From: Callorhinchus milii
Taxonomy: Eukaryota
NCBI RefSeq assembly: GCF_018977255.1
Contig: NW_024704742.1
Coordinates: 68,512,001-68,576,000, forward strand
Direction of reading: 5' to 3'
DNA length: 64,000 bases
Made by a program: the position numbers and the translations under genes
Part shown: positions 53,191-64,000 of the stretch, piece after piece
Position numbering within the stretch: the stretch's first letter is position 1
Layout of the letters: the number at the start of each line of letters is the position of its first letter
Notes under the pieces: model-generated
Database searches by the model: none
What the model saw: only the letters and a program-made list of their open reading frames with translations
What the model was told of the DNA's origin: nothing

Positions 53191-53525
53191 ACAAAGCCAT
53201 GCACACGCACACACACTTACAAAACCACACACGCGCACGCACACACACACACTTACAAAGCCACGCACACACACACACTTACAAAGCCACGCGTGTGCAC
53301 ACACACACACTTACAAAGCCACGCACACACACACACTTACAAAGCCACACACGCACACACACACACACACTTACAAAGCCACACACATACACTTACAAAG
53401 TCACATATACACACACACACACACTTACAAAGCCACGCAAGTGCACACACACTTACAAAGCCACGCACACACTTACAAGGCCACACACATACACTTACAA
53501 ACCCACATATACACACACACACAAT
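53191..53525. repeat. CA-rich minisatellite, unit about (ca)n-cttacaaagcca
   Basis: About ten tandem cttacaaagcca-type units separated by CA runs; more units at 52521-52590. Confidence 0.92.
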
Positions 53526-54039
53526 CACACACAGCTATCACCTCTCACACACAGCTGCCCCCCTCTCTCTCACCACACACATGCCTCCCTTAGGCAGAAC
53601 ATTCCTCTCGCGCTGAAATCATCAAGAAACGTCTGTATAAATAGGCCAGCTCGCCTCTGAACAGACCAAGAAGTAAACACATGGAATGGCTCCATTTACT
53701 GCAGTGTCTTTCCTTACCAAACCCAACCAGAGCCAAGAAGCAGACACATGACAACCACACACTCCAGCCCAACTCAGCCCTAGGGCTTATTGAGAAAGAT
53801 TTTATTTGGCCACACTCAGGGAGATCCTGTGATAGCTTGCCTCAGTTTCCAGCACTCTTGCCTCAAGATTAGCAGGTTGTGGGTTCAGGCCGCATGTCAG
53901 AACCTGAACTCACTTAGCTAAGATGACCCTCCAGTGCAGTATGGGGGGGGGCTGCATTGATGGAGATGTTAAACTGAGGTCTCGTCTGTCTGTTCAGATG
54001 GATGTTATCAAGATCCCATGACACTATTCGAAAAAAGAA

Positions 54040-54540
54040 CAACAAGCTTGCACTTATATTGCGCTGGCCACACAGAGCAGCGTCTCAGAGCGCTTAACAG
54101 TGGCGGAGCCTGACGCCAAGCTGGGGGGGAAGATGGCTGCAAGTACTGTCGAAGAGGAAGGTTTTTAGGTGGGACTTGAAAAAGGGGAGAGAGGGAGCAA
54201 GACGGAGGGTCTGAGGGAGACCATTCCTGAGTTTTGGAGCGTAGTCGCTAAAAGCGCGACCTCCAATGGTGGGGTGGAGTGTGCGAGGGATGAGCATGAG
54301 GCCGGTGCCAGTTGAGTGGAGTGAGGAGGTCGGAGAGGTAGGGAGGTGCCAGGGAGTGAATGGATTTGAACACGAGAGTGAGGATCTTGAAGTCGATCCG
54401 TTTGATGATCCTGGCCAGAACTGGTGAGATGGGGGTAGGCAGTTTTGTCCAGGTCAGTATGCGGGCGGCAGAGTTCTGAATGAACTGGATCTTTTGAATA
54501 GTGGAGCTGGGGAGACCAGCGAGGAGTGCGTTTGAGTAAT
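54040..54540 (-). mobile_element. L2 LINE 3' fragment
   Basis: DYSNALLAGLP...IQNSAARIL...IDFKIL motifs and an L2 tail. Confidence 0.85.
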
Positions 54541-56481
54541 CAACAACAAGAACAACAACTTGCACTTATATAGCGCCCACCACGTAGGGTAGTGTCTCAG
54601 AGCGCTTAACAGTGGGGTAGCCTGACTCTGAGCCAGTGGAAGTTGACAAGAAGGGAGTTTCACCCAGTTCTCAGATAAAATTGGTCACTGTTTGAGGAAA
54701 TTGCTGTGTGCAAATTGGCTACCACTTTTGCCTACAAAGTACAGTTACTACACAGTAAATCTAGTGAAGCACGTTGTGAGTGCTTTTCATGTTAGGAGCA
54801 CGTCTCAAAGTATTTCACACAGGATATATTGTAAAGTGGAGAGACTGTGTATTTTGTAGGCGAACTCAGTGGACAATTTTCATTCAGTAATGTCCCACAA
54901 ACAGCTGTGAAGTGAGTGACAAGTTTTGTATCTGTGGGATCGTTGGTTTGGATATGAAGCAGACTGACACCTTTCCCTGCACATATGAAAGAAACCGGCT
55001 TCCAAAAGTAAGAGTGAATTCAATACACTCCTGATAACTCGTCACTCCAGAGGAAAAGGGCTCAGTGATGAGTTATCTGGAGTGGCGAGTTAGGCATATG
55101 TATAAATACATAAATAAATGCATCCAGGAGATTGCTAGCATGATGACTTAAGGGGTAGAAATAAGTTAAGGGTTGAATTATCAGAAGTTTACGATATAAG
55201 AATTTGCCAAAGTTCTGCTTTGTCTCACATTTTCGCCCACAAAATATGCAGTCAATTCACTTTACAGTATAATATGTGAAGCGCTTTGAGGCTCTGACTG
55301 ACATGATAAGGCACTATGTCAAATGCAAGCAATATTATATTTTTGTCTGGAGCAAATGGTGCTAAGAGGCTAAAGCACAGCGGAGTTTCAGGGTTTCGGG
55401 CTTGGTACCAGCCTGAAGGGGTGGGCAGTCCACATAGAGGGGTTGGGGTGGGGGACATGGCAATGGCAAAGCTCATTTGGCTTACAGTGGAATGACTTGG
55501 ACACAAGTCTGGGATTTAATTGTCCACGTGGGTGAAAGGGAGATGGTTAGAAGCAGGTGTTGGCTTTGAGAAGTTGACTACGGATGTGAATTTGAACTGG
55601 TCGTGCTCCAAACTGCAGCAAGCAGTGTCCGCTGACCTTACTCTCACTAGTGAGTGTGTGTGTAGCTTCCAGAATGTGCGTCATTCACGCACATGGAGCC
55701 CCACAAATAGCTCAGTCAGTAAGGGGATCTCTCTTCCCTCCTTTAATTCCCTCTTGATATTTAAATCCATGACAAAGGAAACAGTTGCAAGTTCAACAAC
55801 CCTTCGCTGACCGCCCGGAGGGATCGAGCTCCACCAAATGCTGGGAACCAGACGTAACCGGCCCTAGTTATGAGGCTGCATGGTTGGCATTCCACATCCA
55901 ACTCCCAGCAAAAGAGAGGCTCTTGAAAACAATAATAATAATAATCCTTGCATTTGTGCCCACAAAATATGCGTCATCTCAAAGCACTTCACAGAATATA
56001 CCGTAAAGTAAATTGACTGTATATTGTGGGCGAGTGGTTGCACCCGAGTTGGGGGTTGGAATCAAGAGAGGTGGAAAGTTGGGGAAGGGGTGGGAAAATG
56101 ACTAAAGCGGTCAAAGAGGAAGGTCTTGAGACAGGCATTGAAGGAGGCAAGTGAGGGAGCGAGGCAGAGGGGCTACGTACGGGATGGAGTTCCAGAGGTT
56201 GGGGGCAGAATGGCTGAAGGCGTGACTGCAGATGGTGGGATCGGCAGGGAGCGGGACATGGTGCAGGCGGTAAAGGTTTAGTAGGTCGTAGAGGTATGGA
56301 GGAGCAATACCGTGGAGGGCTTTAATGATGTAACTAATTTTAATAATGATTTTAAGTTCACCCTTTGAGATGCAGAAGCATGGAAGAGGGAAGGGCACTT
56401 TTCAACAATTTGAGGGTAGAGAGGGGTGAGGTGAAGCGGTGATTAAAAGTCAGAGTAAGGTGGAGTTAGGGAGACACTTAC

Positions 56482-56523
56482 CTCATGTAAGTTCAGCTCC
56501 TTTACTTTCTCTTTCACAATGAC
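56482..56523 (-). CDS. RNF24: RNF24 coding exon (42 nt)
   Basis: Minus-strand tgtcag| acceptor and |gtaagt donor; encodes VIVKEKVKELNLHE. Confidence 0.94.
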
Positions 56524-56820
56524 CTGACAAACATAGAGAAAGGCAGCATGTTAGGTTGGTCTCAATGGCATTTCCAGGTCCACGTCAGAGGTATTATTGT
56601 ACGCCAGTTGCTAAATTTCTCAAAGTGGATACTGTAAAGTGGATTGACTGTATATTTTGTGAGAGAAACACGGCAGCAAATTTGCGCACAGAAATGTCCC
56701 ACAAACAGTCGTGGATTGAGTGACCAAATTTTTTTTAAAAAGGGTTTATTACGCCTGTAAATGTTATCCTATGTGTAGGGTGCTGTACAAGATACAAGTT
56801 GTTGTTGTTCAGTCTCTTAC

Positions 56821-56863
56821 CTGTTTATACGCGTAGAGCTCCTTGTGAGCTTGATGCCGTAAC
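56821..56863 (-). CDS. RNF24: RNF24 coding exon (43 nt); upstream transmembrane-coding exon not found in the window
   Basis: Minus-strand gcgcag| acceptor and |gtaaga donor; encodes (R)LRHQAHKELYAYKQ. The phases of all four exons are compatible, and RNF24 lies convergent with PANK2 in human. Confidence 0.94.
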
Positions 56864-57224
56864 CTGCGCAGACAAGACAAACAAACAGGTTGGTCATCTT
56901 CATCCTCACAAGACCGACACAGAGTAAAAGTCCTTCTGTTCTGCATGTCCCTCGTGCCTGCCACTCCACCATTGGCGTCCGAGCTTTCAGCCACTACCCC
57001 CCGAGACTCTGCAACTCTTTGCCTCAATCCCTCATCTTTGCCCATCTTCAGATGGCACTTGAAGACCTTCATTTTCGACCGTGCCTACGGTCACCTGCAC
57101 TATCTCTTCCCAGCTCAGTGTCACTGTTAAGCATTCTGAGACACTACCTTGTGTGAAGAGTGCTGTATAAATGCAAGTTGTTGTTGCTATTGGAAGCTTT
57201 GAGACACCGGGTTTGGTCTACAGA

Positions 57225-57475
57225 ATGATAGAATCTTACAGCACAGAAGGAGGCCATTTGGCCTGTGCCGGGTCTTTGAAAGAGCTACCAACTAGTCCAA
57301 TTCCCTTGCTCTTTCCCCATAACCCTACAAAAGTAGCTTTCCTTCTCAAGTAAATATCCATTTCCCTTTTGAAACTTATTATTGAATCTGTCTCCACTAT
57401 CCTTTCAGGTAATGCATTCCAGACCATAACAACTCTCCGTGTAAAAACATGTTTCCTCATCTCCCTTCTGGCTCT
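57225..57475 (-). mobile_element. CR1 LINE 3' fragment
   Basis: RKHVFTRRVVMVWNALP...FKREMD, typical of the CR1 C-terminus; similar to 1871-2100. Confidence 0.85.
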
Positions 57476-58157
57476 CTAAATCGGAAGGATTTGGCAACAT
57501 GAAGCAGAGGACCCTCCCGGCTCCTATAACACAGAGCATTTCGATATCTCAATCCTTTCCCAAATGGACTGAAATGTCCTGATTAATATTAGCAGCTGGC
57601 CGACCCACATTAGATTCGGCATATTTTTAATTCTTACAACTGATGTTTTTCGCTCGTCGCCTCGCTCTTATTCTGAAGAAACGAGACAGCAACTCTGCGT
57701 GAATCTATGGCAGCTCGGGAATCCCTTCTCCAATGCCAGTCTCGGGAGCCTGGTCTCCTTCCTCCGTCCACCTACTCTTGGATCATCTGATCAATCGATC
57801 CCTCAAGGGGACAGCTCAGAGGTAACTGGTGACTGACCTGGAGGTGGAGCTTATCATTAGATATCGGGGAGTCCGGAGAGTGTACTTGTGACTAAATAGG
57901 TATACAAACATCCTCAGAACGCTTCATGCTGTCAATGGTATCCTTTCTCTTAAGAAAAACCTGCTGATTGTGACTACACAACACTCTATCAACTCCACCC
58001 AACACTCCCTATCCGAGACGAACCCAGTCGATTTGTTGTCATTGTGAGGGGTGAGAGGTATGTAAGTATGAGTGTATGTCTATGTGTGTGTGTGTGTTTG
58101 CGTATGTAATAAAAATAATCCTTGCATTTGATATAGTACCTTATCACGTTGTTGAGA

Positions 58158-58660
58158 CATAGGAACAGGAGTAGACCATTTAGCCCCTCAAGCCTGTTGC
58201 GCCATTCTATAAGATCACAGCTGATCTGTACCTCAAGTCCAATCACTTGCCCTTTTTCCTATATCCCTTGACACCCTGACCTAACACCCTCAACCTTCTA
58301 AGATCAAGGGAATAGAGACCAAGTTTATGCAACGTGTCCACACAATTTAACCCTTTAAGCTCTGTACCATTCTGGTGAATCTGCACTGCACCCCCTCCAG
58401 AACTAATATATCCTCCCTGAGGTGTGGTGCCCAAAACTGGACGCAGTTTTCCAGATGGGGTCTGACCAAGGCTCTATATAGTTGAAGCATCATTTCCTCG
58501 CCTTTATATTCCAACCCCTTGAGATAAAGACCAACATCCCATCAGCTTTTTTGATAACTGTTTGTACTTGTGAGCTTGCTTTTAGCGATTTGTGTACATG
58601 GACACCCAAATCCCTTTACTCTTCCACAGTTCTTAGTTTCTCCCCTATTCACCTTAGTTT
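58158..58660 (-). mobile_element. CR1 LINE fragment
   Basis: Reverse complement encodes YRALVRPHLE; 3' end ctcctgttccta. Confidence 0.8.
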
Positions 58661-59102
58661 CTCATCTCATCTCATAGTTTCTCATCTTTCAGAGACGTCT
58701 CAAAGCGCTTCACAGAATACACTGTGAAGTGAATTGACTGTATAGTTTGTGGGTGAAGCGTGCCAGCTAATTGCCCACAGCAGTGTCCCACAAACAATCA
58801 TGGATTGAGTGACCAAATTATAATTTTTTTTGAAGGGTTTATTGCTTCCAGAAAGTGATCCACCAAACGACTAGCAATTGAATTCCTATGTACTTACTGC
58901 TAGGTAAACAGGCGTGTGGAGTAAGGAAACATGCCTAAGGTTTCGGTCTGCCTGGCAATCGATGATCTCAAGTTTCCCCTATGTTCAATGGTCTGACCCC
59001 ATTCCCCCACTTCTCCCCACTGTGTATGTGTGGTGAGGAGCAGGGGCACTGGCTGATTCTACTAATGGGGGAGGGGCAGCAGGGGTTTGGGAGGGAATTA
59101 AA

Positions 59103-59556
59103 ATAATAACAATCCTTACATTTGATACTGCACCTTTCACATCAGGAGGACATCTCAAAGTGCTTCATAGGATTTACTGTGAAGTGCATTGACTATTTCT
59201 TGTAGGATGCAAAATACGGGCAGCCCAATTTGCACAGAGCAGTGTCTCACAAACAGCCAGTGAAGTGAAAGACCAATTTTATCTGGGTTATTGTTAGCCA
59301 CGATCCTGGGAGAGAGAAACTCCCTTCTCTTTTCAAGTAGCGCCATGGGAATCCTTATCATCCACCTGAACAGGCAGACAGATCTCGGTTTAATGTCTCA
59401 TTCAAAGGATGACACCGTCTCGACAACACAATTCTCACCCCAGCACTGTACTGGAGTACCAGTTAGGAATACGTGCTCAAAGCGCTGATGTAGGGTTTGA
59501 ACCCACAACCTTCTGACTCAGAGGTGAGAGTGTTACCAACTGAGCCAGGCTGACAC
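59103..59556 (-). mobile_element. Near full-length DeuSINE-type SINE (family 2)
   Basis: Minus strand reads gtgtcagcctggctcagttggtaacactc...ggttcaaaccc (tRNA A/B boxes), then the Deu core (ctgttcaggtggatg...tcccatggcgctac) and the shared tail. An opposite-orientation copy lies at about 59848-60275. Confidence 0.85.
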
Positions 59557-61472
59557 CTAATCACTATCGAGTCCTCAAGGCCCCAATTCTTTAGTATGCA
59601 ACACATGGTACGGTCACAGGCCAACAATTACAAACTTTAGCACAACATGACCACTGTTTACTTTCACCCATCTCGGGAAGCACTGTTGGCCCAAAATAAA
59701 CAGGTATGAAGGCTGCCTCCAACTTACCTTACGCTCTGGGTAATGTGAGAGGCTATGAGTGCAGTGTGGGCAGTATGAGGAGTGTTTGACTGACACTGAC
59801 ACATTGCAGCATGTAGTCTGAGGCGTTGCCATGAGACCACAACCCACGTGTCAGCCAGGTTCAGTCAGCAGCACTCTCGCCTCCGAGGCAGAAAATCATG
59901 GGTTTGAGCCCCAAGTCGGGACTTTGAACTCACACTGGGCTGGATTGTCAGAGGTGCCGTCCTTTTAATGAGACAGCAAACTTAGGTCCTGTTCAGGTGG
60001 ATCTTAAAGATCCATAAAAGACATTAAAAGACATGGTGCTACTTGAATAGAGAAGGGAGATTCTCTCTCCCGGTGTCCTAGCCAACAATCCCCCAAATAA
60101 AGTTGGTCACTCCCTCCGTGGCTGTTTGTGAGACATTGACTGCGCAAATTGGCAGCTGCATTTGCCTTCAAAACACAGTTACTTACACTACACTTCACAG
60201 TAAAATCCTGTGAAGTGCTGTGAGACGTCCTCCTGATGTGAAAGGCACTGTATCCAATGGAAGAATTATTATTATAAACATGTGATAAAACAATGGAATA
60301 ATTACGCTGAATGTGTGTCACGCAGCCTGGCCAACCAAAAGGCTTCGGGATTGAAGAGACAAACGAGTTTCATCATTTAACCCAATTTCCGCTCATACAA
60401 TTGTTTTATTCTGTGAAACTCATGAACAGGCTGCAATGCCACTTAGCGAGGAGATCACTCTCCAGTAGCTGAATAAAATACTGGAGTCCTCACCTTGCAA
60501 GAGAGAGAAACTGGGTTTGATTCCCAGGCGGGGTGAAACCTTAGGCAAATTTCCGTACTCTACGCACCTCTGTTTACTTAGCAGTAAGTAGGTTTAACTT
60601 GCAATAAGTCACCCACCAAATACAGTCAACTCACTTTACAATTTGAGACGTCTCAACAATGTGATTAAGTGTTACATCAAATGCAAGGATCATTATTATT
60701 ATTATTATTAAACCTTTCACTTCACACTGTGGGCTGGTGACTGACCCTGGGTGGGGGAGGAGTGGGTATCGTAAGAAAAAGATAGCAACCTGTCTCATGG
60801 CTGAACACCTTTGGCCTCTGTTCTCTCTCCTCTTTGTCGTTCTCGCTCCCCGCAGCTAAATACTTAGCAGTGGTGTTTTATGCGTTACACAAATGTTCGG
60901 ATCCTTTGGGATATAATAATCCTTGCATTTGATATAGAGCTTTATCATATTGTAGAGACGTCTCAAAGTGCGTCACAGACTATACTGTAAAGTGATTGGG
61001 TGACCAAATTATTACATATATATTTTTTGAGGGGATTATTACTCCCAGAAAGTGATCCAACAATCGACTAACGGCCAGGTTCCTACTTACTGCTTGGTAA
61101 ACAGAGGAGTGTGGAGTGAGGAAACTTGCCTAACGTTTCTCTCTGCCTGGGAACTGAACCAACATCCTTTCGCTTGCGAAGCAATCGCGATAACCAATAG
61201 CTATGGGACATTTTTTCTCCCTCCCCCACTGTCCCATCTCCACTCACGTTTAAAGTTAAGAACAGAGAGGTGAAACTGTTTGATCTGCTGCTTTATCATG
61301 TTGAAATCTCTCAAAGCTCTTTACACAATAACTTGCTTTGAAATGTGGCGATTGCAACGTGGGCAAACGTGATGGCTAATCAGCACCAGCCAAGGCCCAC
61401 ACAGGTCAATGAGTGGATCAGTCAATTAATGGTCCTCATTACCTTTGTGAAGCACTTTGAAATGTTAATATT

Positions 61473-61649
61473 AATAATAATAATAATTCTTGCATTTGAT
61501 ATAGCCCCTTATACCGTCGTTGAGACGTCTCAAAGCGCTTCACATAATATACTGTAAAGTGAATTGACTGTATATTTTGTGGGTGAAACATGGCAGCCAA
61601 TTGCGCACAGCAGCGTCCAACAAACAGTCGTGGATTGAATGACCGAATT

Positions 61650-61681
<32 letters not shown>

Positions 61682-61857
61682 TTTTGGGGTGGGGGAGGGA
61701 TTATTACCCCAGAAAAGCAATCCACCAATCGACTAACAACCAGTTTCCGATTTACCACTAGATAAACTTGCCTAAGATTTTGCTCAGCCTGGGAATCGAA
61801 CCCAGGTCCTCTCGCTTGCGAGGCGAGTGCTCTAACCAATATGCTGCAGGACTCCAC
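61473..61857 (-). mobile_element. Near full-length tRNA-headed SINE (family 1) with internal (TTAG)n
   Basis: Intact B box GGTTCGATTCC on the minus strand, full shared tail, (TTAG)n at 61651-61680. Confidence 0.88.
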
Positions 61858-62699
61858 AAATGTTATCCTGTGTGAAAGATGCAATCAAAGTGCATGTTAT
61901 TGTTAAGCAATTTTTGTGGGTAAGTCTGGATGATGTAGGATTATTGGCCAGAACACTGGAAGCAATTCCTGTTTGTAGGTTCAAGCCCCACGTCGGGACT
62001 TTGAGCACACAATCTCAGATAACACTCCAATGCAATGCTGGGGGTGTAGTGTATCGTTAGAGGTGATGTCCTTCGGATGAATTTGCCTATTCAACTGGAT
62101 GTCAACGATCCCATGGCACTATTCGAAAAGAGAAGGGAGTGTCTCCCAGCATGGAGTGGTTGGGCCTAATGGCCTCTTTCTGTGCCATGTCATTCTATGT
62201 AATTTTCCCGGTTTCCTGGCTGAGATAAAACTGATCACTCACTCCTCGGCTGTTTGTGGGACATTGCTGTGCGCAAAATAAATGCCATATTAGCCTAAAA
62301 AATGAACTGTTACTCGACTTTGCTGTAACAATAACAGCATTCATTTAGTGTCCTTCACATGATATAGCATTTCGGAGAGCTTAACAGTGGTGGATCTTGA
62401 CGCCGAACCATAGGGAGGTTGGAGGTGATCGTAAACATAATCTTGAGGAACGTCTTGAGGCATGATGTGAAACTGGGGAAGGAGGGGGCAAGGCAGTGGG
62501 ATTGATGGAGAGGTCCAAAGCTTTGGGGTGAAGTGGCTGAAAGCACAGCCACTGCTCGTAGAATGAAAGGGACGAGGGACAAGAAGGAGGCGAAAGCCTG
62601 CCGAGTGGAGGCAGCGGGTGGCAGAGGGTTAAGTAACTAGGTCAGAAGATGACAGGGCTTAAAGAAATTTTTAGAATATTTTATTATTATTATTAACAA

Positions 62700-64000
62700 C
62701 AACAAAATAACAAACAACAAAACTACATTTGTATAGAAGAGGAGGGTCTTGAGATAGGTCTTGAAGGAGGCAAGGGAGGGGGCGAGGCAGAGGGACTGTG
62801 GGATGGAATTCCAGAAGGTGGGGCAGAGTGGCAGAAGGCCCACCTGCCAATGGTGGGGTGGGCAAGGCAGGGGATGTGAAGCAGGCGGAGGGAGTGGGTA
62901 GGATGGTAGGGAGTTAGGAGGTCACAGAGGTAAGGGGGAGCAAGACCATAGAGGGCTTTGAAAGTGAGGACCAAGATCTTGAATTGTATCCTCTGTTTGA
63001 AGCCAGTGGAGTCGGGTGAGGATGGGGGTGAAGGGTTCACAGAGCCTGGTGCAGAAGAGGACCTGGGCTGCAGAGTTCTGGATGATCTGCAGCCTATGGA
63101 GGGAGGAGTTGGTGAGGCCGACAAGCAGGGAGTGTGCGTAGTCGAGCGTGGATATTATGAAAGCATGCATGAGAGTCTCGGTGGCTTGTGATGTCAGACA
63201 GTGGCGGAGCCGGGTGATGTTGCGGAGTTGGAGAAAGGCGGAGTGGGTCATGGCACGGGTGTGGGATATGAAAGACAGTTGAGGGTCAAACAGGGCACTG
63301 AAGTTCCAGACTGGCTCCGTGAGATGCAGAGTGCATCCATGGATGGTGATGCTGTCAGTGCCTGAGGTGTGGAGGCACTGACGGGAGCCAATCAGGAGAG
63401 CCTTGGTCTTATTGACATTCAACTGCAGGAAGTTAGCTCTCATCCAGGACTTGATGTCTGACAGACATTCTGTCAGGACAGCAGTGGTCCTGGAGTCAAG
63501 GGTGGAGGCAGAGAGGTAGAGTTGGGTGTCATCTGCATACATGTGGAAGTTGACCCCATGTCTGTGGATGATGTCACCAAGAGGGAGCATATAGGTATTG
63601 AAGAGGAGGGGACCAAGGACAGAGCCCTGAGGTACACCGCACATGATGGTGCAGGGGCTACAGGAGAAGCCGTTAATGGTGACAAAGTGGAGACGGTGGG
63701 ATAGGTAGGATTCGAACCAGGCACGGACAGGTCCGCAAAGATTGAGTTGAGAGGAGAGCTGGTGCAGGAGGATAGAGTGGTCAACAATGTCGAAGGCAGC
63801 AAAGAGGTTGAGGAGGACAAGGAGGTAGAGGGAGCCGTGGTCGCAGATGTTCAGAATGTTGTTAGTGACTTTGACCAGGGCCTCTTCTGGGCTGTGGGCA
63901 GCACGGAAACCTGATTGAAGAGGTTCAGAGAGGGAATGGCGGGTGAAGAAAGAGTGAAGGTGGGGACATAATGACTTGTTCCAGGGCCTTGGAGAGGAAT
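62700..64000 (-). mobile_element. L2 LINE, comparatively intact RT region running off the window edge
   Basis: 240-aa open stretch [14 protein letters not shown]...YADDTQLY...LHW. Confidence 0.93.

Noticed and set aside
53118..53660. His/Thr-rich and Cys/Val-rich ORFs; regular repeats superficially like a CRISPR array
   Set aside because: These are translations of a CA-rich minisatellite; the spacers are CA runs, not unique sequences, and the DNA is eukaryotic.
62922..63644. 240-aa reverse transcriptase ORF as a possible functional gene
   Set aside because: Part of an L2 copy with frameshifts on either side and many similar decayed copies in the window.

Overview
Vertebrate genomic DNA, most likely from a cartilaginous fish (inferred from the DeuSINE, L2 and CR1 repeat content). 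It holds two convergent spliced genes. On the + strand is pantothenate kinase 2 (PANK2): six canonical coding exons at 3665-25349, a candidate short 28-nt first coding exon at 1278-1305 that would give a 370-aa protein, and the intronic microRNA mir-103-2 at about 23494-23571. On the - strand are the last four coding exons of the RING-H2 gene RNF24 (56863-48587); I did not find its first coding exon in the window, and its 3' UTR may extend to about 40615. The rest is mostly decayed transposable elements: a ~4.5 kb Helitron remnant in a PANK2 intron, many L2 and CR1 fragments, two tRNA-headed SINE families sharing one 3' tail, an R4/Dong-type fragment in a (TAA)n tract, an unclassified repeat forming a ~1.25 kb inverted structure, and simple repeats. 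Most ORFs in the supplied track are TE fragments or noise. Comparisons with human proteins and miRNAs are from memory, not from searches. Repeat boundaries are approximate.
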